DNA of 64,000 nt, taken from positions 12,660 through 76,659 of the forward strand of contig JAFXEU010000005.1 in assembly GCA_017520845.1 (NCBI GenBank), read 5' to 3'. The position numbers were made by a program, and so were the translations under genes. The stretch comes from Kiritimatiellia bacterium (GTDB lineage: Bacteria; Verrucomicrobiota; Kiritimatiellia; RFP12; UBA1067). This document shows positions 17,678 through 27,700 of the stretch, piece after piece; position 1 is the first letter of the stretch, and each line of letters begins with the position of its first letter. Below the pieces are notes generated by a model. That model was not told the DNA's origin. It worked only from the letters and a program-made list of their open reading frames with translations, and did not search any database.

Positions 17678-18640
17678 ATGGACATTAAAGAAGCGACAGC
17701 CTCGATAGCTTCAAAAAAAGAGATGGTATCTAGAATCCGCGACGAGGTTTCCCGCGTCATAGTCGGTCAGGAGAAACTTATCGACCGTCTTCTTCTCGCG
17801 CTTGTGACCGACGGGCATATTCTTCTTGAGGGTGTCCCAGGCCTTGCGAAGACGCTTTCGTGCAATACTCTCGCCAAGGCGCTCGGACTTGACTTTAAGC
17901 GTATATCTTTTACTCCGGATCTTCTTCCCGCCGATGTCGTCGGCACGATGGTTTATTCGCCGAAGACCGGTGAATTTACTCCGAAAAAGGGTCCGGTCTT
18001 CACGAATCTTCTTCTTGCCGACGAAATCAACCGCGCTCCCGCGAAAGTCCAGTCCGCTCTTCTTGAGGCGATGCAGGAGCGTCAGGTGACGATCGGCGAC
18101 GAGACCTATCCGCTTGCTAAACCTTTTCTCGTGCTTGCGACCCAGAACCCGATCGAGCAGGAAGGTACTTATCCGCTTCCCGAAGCCCAGGTCGACCGTT
18201 TCATGTTCAAGTGTCTCGTCGAGCCGCCCACGATGGCCGATGAGCGCCGCATTATGCAGCGTTTCGCCGAATCATCCGAGAAGCCCGAGGCTAAAACGGT
18301 CGTTACGGGCGAAGAGATAGCCTCTCTGCGCGAGGCGCTGTCGATCGTGTACTGTGACGAGAAGGTCGGTGATTATATTCTTTCGATAGTATTCAAGACG
18401 CGCGAACCGAACGTTTTCATCCAGAACGGCGCCAGTCCCCGCGCGACTCTCGCGTTGAATCTCGCCGCCCGCGGCAACGCGCTTTTAAAGGGCCGCGCGT
18501 ACGCGACGCCTCAGGACGTCAAGGAAGTCGTTTACGATGTTTTGAGGCATCGTATACTTCTTACCTACGAGGCCGAGGCGGAGGGTATTACGGCCGACAA
18601 GATCATCGACCGGATTCTCAACGAAGTGCCTGTTCCCTGA
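17678..18640 (+). CDS. moxR: MoxR-family AAA+ ATPase
   Basis: Walker A-like LLEGVPGLAKT, Walker B LLADEINRA, then ATQNPIEQEGTYPLPEAQVDRF, which is typical of MoxR. Confidence 0.9.
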   Translation: MDIKEATASIASKKEMVSRIRDEVSRVIVGQEKLIDRLLLALVTDGHILLEGVPGLAKTLSCNTLAKALGLDFKRISFTPDLLPADVVGTMVYSPKTGEFTPKKGPVFTNLLLADEINRAPAKVQSALLEAMQERQVTIGDETYPLAKPFLVLATQNPIEQEGTYPLPEAQVDRFMFKCLVEPPTMADERRIMQRFAESSEKPEAKTVVTGEEIASLREALSIVYCDEKVGDYILSIVFKTREPNVFIQNGASPRATLALNLAARGNALLKGRAYATPQDVKEVVYDVLRHRILLTYEAEAEGITADKIIDRILNEVPVP

Positions 18641-18641
18641 T

Positions 18642-19547
18642 ATGGCGCTTGACGTAAAAGAACTGATGGCCAAGGTGGGGAGGATCCGCTTCCTCACCGA
18701 CAGACTCATCGATGATGAGCTGAGCGGCAATTATCATTCGATGTTCAAGGGGCAGGGGGTTGAATTTGATGAAGTGCGCCCCTACGAACCGGGAGACGAC
18801 GTACGTTCCATCGACTGGAACGTTACCGCGAGAACGGGTCAGCCGTATATAAAACGCTACAAGGAAGAGCGGGAACTCACGATATTTTTTCTGGTCGACG
18901 TTTCGGGCTCTTTGAGTTACGGCAGCCGCGGAAGGTCCAAGGCGGATCTGGCCGCCGAGGTTTCGGCGCTTTTGGCGCTCACCGCGATCCGCAATCAGGA
19001 TAAGGTCGGGCTTGTGCTTTTTTCCGACAGGATTTTAAAATACGTCCCTCCGCGGAAAGGGCGCGACAGCGTCATGCGTCTGGCGCGCGAGGTTCTGGCG
19101 GCGGGCGACGGAGCGCAGGGCGGTACGGATATGGTTGAGGCGCTTAAGTTCTTCAACGGTATCCGCAAACGCCGCGCGGTGGTTTTTCTGGTAAGCGATT
19201 TTATCCTTCCTTCATCCTGCCCGCGCGATGAATTCGAGAAGATCGTCCGCGCTACCGCGGGTCGCCACGACATGATTTCCATCTGCGTTTCCGATCCGGC
19301 GGAAACGGAAATGCCCGACGTCGGATTGGTTGAGCTTGAAGATCCCGAAACGGGCGAGATAACGATAGCCGATACGTCCAGCGCCTCCGTGAGAAAGTCG
19401 TTTTCGGATGCGGCCGCCAGGGAGAAATCGGATATCGAGCGATTATTCGTAAAATCGGCGGTCGATTCCATTTCGCTTTCCACCGATAAGCCTTATATCG
19501 ACGAGGTGAGAAAGCTGTTCAGGCGTCGCGCCTATAAGAGGAGATGA
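18642..19547 (+). CDS. DUF58 family protein (VWA-like, MoxR partner)
   Basis: FDEVRPYEPGDDVRSIDWNVTARTG is the DUF58 signature. It is followed by a VWA-like DVSGS motif and sits immediately after moxR. Confidence 0.85.
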   Translation: MALDVKELMAKVGRIRFLTDRLIDDELSGNYHSMFKGQGVEFDEVRPYEPGDDVRSIDWNVTARTGQPYIKRYKEERELTIFFLVDVSGSLSYGSRGRSKADLAAEVSALLALTAIRNQDKVGLVLFSDRILKYVPPRKGRDSVMRLAREVLAAGDGAQGGTDMVEALKFFNGIRKRRAVVFLVSDFILPSSCPRDEFEKIVRATAGRHDMISICVSDPAETEMPDVGLVELEDPETGEITIADTSSASVRKSFSDAAAREKSDIERLFVKSAVDSISLSTDKPYIDEVRKLFRRRAYKRR

Positions 19548-20449
19548 CGATGTTTAACTCTCTTGTTCTTGCGGCATCGCTTTTTACGATTTCCAACAAC
19601 GGCGTCGACGTCACGCTTTCCTCCGAATGCGATGTCATCGATCCCGCTAAAAGCGTGTTCGTCGATCTGAAAATAGTCTCTCCCGGCGACGTCGAGGTCG
19701 TAGAGCCTGATTTGTCAGTGAGGGCCCGCGGCTTTTCCTCCGTCGAAAACGTCGCAGACGAGCCGTATGTAAACGATGAAGGCCGGCGAGTTGTCCGTTC
19801 GCAGTGGCGACTCGTTCCCGAGCCTTGCGCGAAGGAGTATAAGATCGCCCCGTTTGCGGTTAAAACAAAGTCCGGGTCTTCTTTCGTCGCAGGCCCCGTG
19901 TATTTTAAAAATCCCCCCGCCCGCGCCGACGTTTCCGGGGAGATGCGGATTAATCCTCAGAAAGACCCGCCGCCGTTCAGCTGGAAGCTTGTCGGATGGT
20001 ATGCGCTCATCGCTTTAGGTCTTCTCGCGGCCGTTGCGCTTGCGTGGCTTCTGATCCGATATGTCTTAAGGCGGGTTAAAGAGCATAAAATGACTCCTGT
20101 CGAAAGGGCATGGGTCGAGCTTGAAAGACTTATTAAACGTAATCTGCCCCAGGCGGGAAAATTCAAGGATTTTTATGTCGAACTTACTTTGGTTGTCAGG
20201 CGCTATATTCAACGCAAGCACGGTCTTAAAGCTCCGCATCTGACGACCGAGGAGTTTTTTGCCGAGGTTGAGAAGGTGCCGTCTTTTCCTAAAAACGCGA
20301 TTCCCGGTCTTATGGAGTTTCTCAACGCCGCCGACATGATTAAGTTTGCGGGGGTAAAGGCTACTCTTGAGTTGGCCGATGAGGCCGCCGAATCCGCGAG
20401 GGTGTACATTGTTTCCGACGAGTCTTTGACGAAGGGAGGAGGAAAATGA
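19544..20449 (+). CDS. Bat-operon membrane protein (BatD-like N-terminal domain + TM + DUF4381-like C-terminus)
   Basis: Single central TM helix WYALIALGLLAAVALAWLLI. The C-terminal helical region (AWVELERL...FYVELTLVVRRYIQRK...TTEEF) resembles DUF4381. ATGA overlaps on both sides. Confidence 0.55.
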   Translation: MTMFNSLVLAASLFTISNNGVDVTLSSECDVIDPAKSVFVDLKIVSPGDVEVVEPDLSVRARGFSSVENVADEPYVNDEGRRVVRSQWRLVPEPCAKEYKIAPFAVKTKSGSSFVAGPVYFKNPPARADVSGEMRINPQKDPPPFSWKLVGWYALIALGLLAAVALAWLLIRYVLRRVKEHKMTPVERAWVELERLIKRNLPQAGKFKDFYVELTLVVRRYIQRKHGLKAPHLTTEEFFAEVEKVPSFPKNAIPGLMEFLNAADMIKFAGVKATLELADEAAESARVYIVSDESLTKGGGK

Positions 20450-21450
20450 CTTTCGCATATCCGTATGCGTTTCTTCTCGCTCTCCCGCTCGCTTTCGCCG
20501 CGTGGAGGATGATGCGCCGCTCGCGCGGCAGAGGGGTCCGGTTTTCCGCCGTTTCCAGAGTGAGCGTGAAGTCGTCCGGATGGCGCGTCATAGCCGCGAA
20601 GGTTGCGCCTTATGTCGCGGTTTTAGGGCTTGCGCTTCTTGTAGTCGCGGCGGCGCGTCCGAGAGAGCCTTTCGGGAAAAGCGGCAGAAGTGTCGAGTCT
20701 ATCGCGATCGCGATGGTTGTCGACGTGTCCGGCTCGATGCGTGCGCCCGATATGAGTTCCAGGTATTCCAGAGAGGTCACCCGATTGGATGTCGTTAAAA
20801 AGGCTTTTGCGGAATTTGTAAAAAAGCGTCCCGACGATCTGATATCGCTCGTCACTTTCGGGACATACGCCTCGGCGCGTACGCCGCTGACATCAGACCA
20901 TGAAACGCTTCTCAATGTGTTGAAGGGCGTTGAAATTCCAAGAGGCAGCGACGAGGCTGAGACGGCGATCGGCGATGGACTTTCAGTCGCGCTTTTGAGG
21001 CTTAAGGACGCGAAGATGAAATCGAAAATCGTGATTCTTCTTTCCGACGGCGTAAGCAATATCGGCTCGGCACAGGGCGGCGTCGATCCGGAAACGGCGG
21101 CGGCGGCGGCGAAAAAGATGGGGATTAAGGTATATACGATAGGTGTCGGCGCCAACTCCAGAGCGGCTATGGATCCTTTCGGTTTCGGTATGATGATGGG
21201 CGGGACCCGTTTCGACGAACGTCAGCTTAAGAATATCGCCGCGACAACCTCGGGGATGTATTTTTCCGTAAATGATCAGACCGGGCTTGAACGGGCCATG
21301 AAGGATATCGACGAGCTTGAAACCACAAAAGTTGAAGTCGAGGAATGGACGCGGTGGGTTGAATATTTCCCCACGCTTCTCGCGCTCGGCGTTTCGCTGA
21401 CGGTTTTGGCGTCTCTCCTTTCGATGCTTGCCGTGCGCCGCATGTGGTAA
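20446..21450 (+). CDS. batA: VWA domain protein, BatA-like
   Basis: BatA-type N-terminus (FAYPYAFLLALPLAFAAW), MIDAS DVSGSM, a VWA fold with LLSDGVSN, and a C-terminal TM anchor. Confidence 0.85.
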   Translation: MTFAYPYAFLLALPLAFAAWRMMRRSRGRGVRFSAVSRVSVKSSGWRVIAAKVAPYVAVLGLALLVVAAARPREPFGKSGRSVESIAIAMVVDVSGSMRAPDMSSRYSREVTRLDVVKKAFAEFVKKRPDDLISLVTFGTYASARTPLTSDHETLLNVLKGVEIPRGSDEAETAIGDGLSVALLRLKDAKMKSKIVILLSDGVSNIGSAQGGVDPETAAAAAKKMGIKVYTIGVGANSRAAMDPFGFGMMMGGTRFDERQLKNIAATTSGMYFSVNDQTGLERAMKDIDELETTKVEVEEWTRWVEYFPTLLALGVSLTVLASLLSMLAVRRMW

Positions 21451-21737
21451 TCCGCCTGAATTTTGAGCGAGAACAATATTTATGAGGCGGTAGAAATAAA
21501 GAAGAATTTACGTGGCTCCATGAAATGTCTCGGAATTTTGATTTTTTGTTAAGATATCCTTTGGGTAAAGAACTTGGGATTTGATTTTTGAGGGTCATTA
21601 TTGATAAAATTTTTTGTTATGGGTCACTATCTAGATGAAATGAAATATGCATTGCGAACCTGATTAGGAGATAGCAAGCCAAGTCGGTTTGCCTTAATTG
21701 ATTTCTGTAATGCGTGATTCAAAAACGGAGCAGTATT

Positions 21738-24700
21738 ATGCGCAGCATAGTTCGAGGGGTTGTCGCTTTGGTCGCGGCATTTTGCATCATTAATGCGGTT
21801 AAAGCCGCGCCGACGATAGTCAGCCCGGCTGACTACTCAGCTGTAGCGACATTAACACCTACAATGAAGGGGTATATATATGCTTCTGATTTTTTAAATA
21901 CTACTTCGCCGTATTTTAATGTTGCTAGTACTGATGAAAGTCCGAATGAAAGACGCGATGGGTATTTAAATGAGTATTTTTATAGGAACTCTGTTCCAGT
22001 GACTTTGTCGTGGTCGGGAACTACAGGTATATGCACAATTAAGGTGTGGCGTACTAAAAAAGATTCAGAATCTAAGCCGAGTTTTTCAACAACGACATCG
22101 GGATCGTCAATTCAATTTTATAATCCTGAAATTGGCAGGAACTATACTTGGAAGGTAATAGATTCGAGCGGTAATTCCGCTACTGGTCATTTCTACACAG
22201 AATCTACCGCTCCTCGTATTATTCGAGGTCGTAGAGACGATCAGACTGAAGGAGCTGATTGCTCAAATGGTCGTGATATTGGCGGATGGCGTACAAGCGA
22301 TGGTACGAAAGTCGTTAAACAAGGTTTGATTTATAGATCGCAGCAGCTTGAGTGGTGTTCTGCAGGGGGTGGCGACGGTATATATGAGACGCTTTCAATG
22401 CTTTACGATACTTTAGGCATCAGACTTGATCTTGATCTTCGTACTATAACAAATGTAAAGTATTTTGAGGATTGGAAGGCTGCTTGGAATGATAATAAAC
22501 CGTTTGATGATTATTTGAAAAAGTCAGGTGTCGGTCCTAATGTTGTTCGCTTTGTCATTGAAAACGAAACTCTTGGCTTAGGACCTTCATCTAACCCTCG
22601 TAAAATAGACGGTAAGTCAGGAATAAAGTTTCCTGATCATAAGTATTTCGTTGAATCAATGAGTACTTCCGATAAAATTGATGGAACAACTACAAAATAT
22701 ACACAAACTGCCGATCAAAACAAAATTGCTGTTTGGGTTGCGTTCAATAGACTTTATCAGTCGGTTGTTGTGGATAAAGAGCCTGCGATTTTCCATTGCT
22801 CTCATGGTAAAGATAGAACCGGTACTTTAGCATTGGTGCTTCATGGTCTATTAGGTGTGTCCGTAGATGATGCTAAAAGAGATTACGCAACCGCCTGGTT
22901 CTGTAACCAGGATACAACAATGACATTTTCTAGTATTAACAGCTTGATTACAAGTTTAAAGGGGTATGATTCCGGGAATAATTTCCAAAAGGGTTGCGAG
23001 GCTTATTTGAAAGAGTGTGCAACGAAAGCAAGCGATTCTTCCGGCGCTACAAAGATTGCCGCTTTTAAAACTGCAATGCTTGAAGACATCGAAGCGTCAG
23101 ACGGAGATGAGGTCGCGCCTGAGCCTGAAGAAGATACATTTACCTATAAAAATTATTATTGGCGTCGTTATGCTGGAGGTGGAACTTGGTCTTCGGGTAC
23201 GGGATATTGGTATAAAGATCCCTCGGATGATGCCAAAAAATATGCAGGAGGGGATTATCCTGATTCTTATGATGTCTGTGCATATCTTATGCCTACAAAA
23301 TCTTTGCCATATGCAACTCCCGCTGCCGGTAAATATAAATTAGGAAAATTAATTATTGATGCTAATGGCGTTTCGGGTGATGATCATATTGCTACATCTA
23401 CTTTGCAGCCCTATTTTTCTAATGAAGGACATTCTGTAAGTGATCGTTCCATTATTGAACTTAGAAGTGGAGTTTGCGAATTTGAAAATATGGATATTTA
23501 CCTTACTGTGTGGGGTAAAACCAAATATGATAGTGCAAGTTCCAGAACTTCCGTTTTTAACGGAACGGCATCTGTCGATGTTTGGGCCAATGCGACTTTG
23601 AGAGTATCTGATTTTATATCAGTAAGTGCTTCTAAAACTTATTTAAAATTCCCTTCTGATAATTGTGCAAATGCACGTTTTGAGGCTTTTGAACATGGTG
23701 ATACGGATTATCCTTACAACAGTATAGGCTGGTTTACAGGCGGATTGGTCGGCACCAAGCAATATATCAAGGTTCAAGGCGCATATCCTCTTAAATTTTC
23801 TGCTTCAGGCAAGACGAGCGGTGTAGCAGGTTCGCTTGGTCTTGAGTTTGAATTGGGTGCTAATAATAAAACTACGACAGCAGCGATGCTTCAAGTTACG
23901 GGGTCATTAAATATAAATGCTGGATCAACAATTACTGTTAATGCTGGCGGTAAGGGCGCTGGTACATATAAGTTAGTTTCAGCAGGAACGCTGAATGATT
24001 ATGCGAATCTTGATTTACGATCTAATTATACTGTTACAAATTGTAAATCCGGGTATTATGGTACTATTGTAAAATCAGGAAACAATATTAATTTGACAAT
24101 CCAAGAAGGAACGCCTCCCGCTGAAGACGAAGGTCTAATTGATATAGAGAGTGATGGCGATTGGGGGTATCGCCTAAATATTGGTAATGAGATTGTTCTC
24201 GCTTTTACCAATCATACAAAATCGGTTAATTGGCAAGTTCCCTCGAAGCTCGAGAATGTTCAGTTCCTCGTAGTCGGCGGCGGCGGTGGTGGCGGCGCCG
24301 ACTCTAATAACGGTAATACTCATGCTGGTGCCGGCGGCGGTGGCGGCGGCGTTGTTACGGGATTGGTAGACTTCGCCGAAAACTCCGTTGTTACTATTAC
24401 TGTTGGTGCGGGTGGTAATGGAGGTGTCCGCGCCACCCAAGGCGGTACAAACAATAAGTATGGTGCCGCTTTCTCGGGCGAGGCCAGTTCTATTAATGTT
24501 GACGGAGCCGAGTATGTATGGGCTGCCGGCGGCGGCGGTGATAATGGCGCTGATGTATCGACAAATGCATCAAAGACCAAGGGTAATGTCGGTAATGACG
24601 GAGGGTCAAGCGCAGGTTCTCGCCCAGGTCAGACCGGCCGTGGAGCTGTTATTGCGCCTCGTGTCGCTTCGGTATCAGATATAAAGTATGCCGATACGTC

Positions 24701-27700
24701 GTTTGGTCGTCAGGGCGGTGCCGGTTATTATGTTACATCTGCGGATGGTTCGAATACATTTTACGGCTATTTCTCCGCGGCGGGCGGCGGCGGCGGCGCT
24801 ACGCAGGACGGTGGATCCGCGGTTGATTATACGAATGCGGGTAATGGCGGCGAAGGTTTGATGTCTTCGATTACCGGTCAAGCTGTTGTTTATGGTTCCG
24901 GCGGCGGTGGTGCTACTTTGAACGGCACCAACGGCGGTAAGGGCGGCACGGGTGCCGGCGACGGCAATACGGCAGACGTCGTCAATGGTACTGCCAGTAT
25001 GGATGCGCTCCCGAATCAGGGCGGCGGCGGCGGCGGCAGTGCGCGCGCTATAAACACGAACAGCAGCGGCGTAGGTGTCGGCGGTAACGGCGGCTCGGGT
25101 ATTGTTGTTTTGCGCTATGTCGATCCTGATTATTCGGATTCTCTGATCAATCCTACCGAGTATGGTGCAGCAGATTCTGCGGCATCGACTTATACGTGGA
25201 TTGGGTATACGGGACCTTGGATGTATACGACCAATTGGGCGGCTACAGCAAGCGGAACATACGGAGTTCCCAATAACGGAACTTACGCGACGGCGGACTT
25301 CCCCGCGACGCTCGCGAATGCGTTTACTTGTACGCTTAACCAGAATGTTTCGGTCAATAAGGCTGAATTTAATTCGCCTAATATGACATTCGTTTTGGAT
25401 AATGCGCTTTTAACCCTTAAAGGTAAGGTCGATAGCTATGCAGCGTGCGACTTCGGTGATGGTGAAAACGATAATTCCACCATTGAATTGAGAGGCGCTA
25501 ACGCTGGAATTGTTTCAGACACTAAAGAAGTTCGTCTCAATTTTGGCTATCGCCATGATGAAGCGACTCCGACTGGAACTGTAACCGTTCGCTTCGTTGT
25601 TCCTGAAACCGGTTGGGAGAGCGATGCGAGACTTAAAGCGACCGGTACAGATTCTAAGGTTGTTTTTTATGCCAACTCTAAGCTCGAGATTGATGCGACG
25701 GCTCTTGGTGTTCCGGCCGAAGGTACGACAAAAACCGTTTATCTCGCTTCGGGTACGGGAGATGATGGCGTTTATGTTTTATCTGGCGAAACTAATATCG
25801 TTTGCGCGGCAGGCGCCAAGGGCTCTATAAAGATTGAAAACAAGAAGCTCGTTCTTACGGTTGAGCCCGATCCCGAGGGAACACAGCCGCCGCCGGTGGG
25901 CGATTGGAGCGAAATACCCTCGCTTTCGACGAATATTTTCAATGCCGGCACGTCGATAACCGTATTCAACGGCATGTGCGAGAATAGAATGGTTACGGCT
26001 AACTACACGGCTGCCGACATTGCCGCGCTCAAGCCCGGAACTTATACCTTCCGCGCGACGGCGAGCGCGGATGGTGCCGAAAGTCTCGTTTACGAGATCG
26101 ACTTCTGGGTGCTCCCCGCCGATTTCAGCGCGGAGAATACGATCGTCTGCTACGGCGATTCGATCACTTACGGTGCAGGGGCTGTTAAAATTACAGTTGA
26201 CGGGCGTGAAAACTATTTTGAAGGGCGTATGAAGGGCCAGACGATTGAAGGTAATTATCCTTATTATCTCGCGGGCATGATCAACAGTAAGTACAATGTT
26301 ATCAATCAAGGTACGCCCCAGCAGTGGAGCGATACGATTCTCGCCTGGGTGGGCGGAGTTGATACGGTTTCGCGTCTGCCTGTTACGCTGCCGCAAGGGG
26401 GCGGCGATGTTTGGGCTCCTACAAACATTGTCTTTACGACCGATAATCCGTATGGTCCAGAGGGCGGCTTGCATTATGTGCGTACAATCGACTATCCGCC
26501 CTACACGTCTAACGGAGACAGAAATAAAAACCATCCTCTCAATTACTTCGCCGGTCTTGCAACGACTATGTATCCGGCGTTCGAGGCGTATCCAGAGCCG
26601 TCGGGTATAAACGGTTCGATGACGGGTTGGTTCGGCAATAAGCGTGTACGTATTCATGGCGTTAAGGACGCTAATTTATACTTTAGCGGTGATAATCCTA
26701 ATGGTGTATATTGTACAGATCATAGATGGCAACGCGTCAGTACAGAAGGTAACCAGACGATCATTCCCGCCGGAACTCCGTTTGTTCCCGATACGGCGAT
26801 CGTGTATAAGGATGCGATTTCGGTAATCTATACCGGTACGAACGACGAGATGGGTAAAGAAACATATAATAACAATAAAGATCCTGATATCGATCACACG
26901 ACATACATAAATATGATCGCCGATACGGTAGCCAAGATTCCGTCGGGCCGTTATGTCGTCGTATCGACGCTTTCGATAAATCAACGCTCCGACGAGAGCG
27001 AGGCCGCATTCGCGGAGAAGTTCGGTGAGCATCACCTCAACCTTCATAAGATGATGGAGCGTTACGGCGTCTTGGTCGCGAACAAGCTCGGCATTACCGG
27101 TGTTAAGACCTGGGACGCTCTTGACGGCAGCGGTCTTATGAATACCGGCGACTCAGTTCATCCGAACGAGAAGGGCTATCAGGTTATCGCCTATTTCCTC
27201 AAACAGAAGCTTATTGATCTTGAATACATCGAAGGCGAGCGTGATGATGATATCGTATTCGGCGATGGTAATACGGATGATCCGGGCGAAGATACACCTC
27301 CTGTCGAGAGTGCTGTTGTCACAAACGCGATGCCTGAAGCTTCGTGGGGTTATACCGTCAGCGGTCTCGGTGATAACCGCAATGAAGTCGCCGTTGTCTT
27401 TACTAATGAAAACGCGAATATGACTTGGACCGTTCCTCAGAACCTCAAGAATGTCCAGTTCCTCGTTGTCGGTGGTGGCGGCGGCGGCGGTGCGGTTAAC
27501 GGCGACACGCGCACGGCAGGTGCCGGTGGCGGCGGTGGCGGCGTTGTTACCGGCTTGGTAGCCTCTATAGAAAAGGATTCGACTATAACTATTAATGTAG
27601 GTAAAGGCGGTGTAGCGGGCCAAAAGGGTGTAGCAGGGAACGGTAATAATTGGGCGGCTGCGAGTGGTGGAGATAGTATCATAACTTATGGCGATAAACT

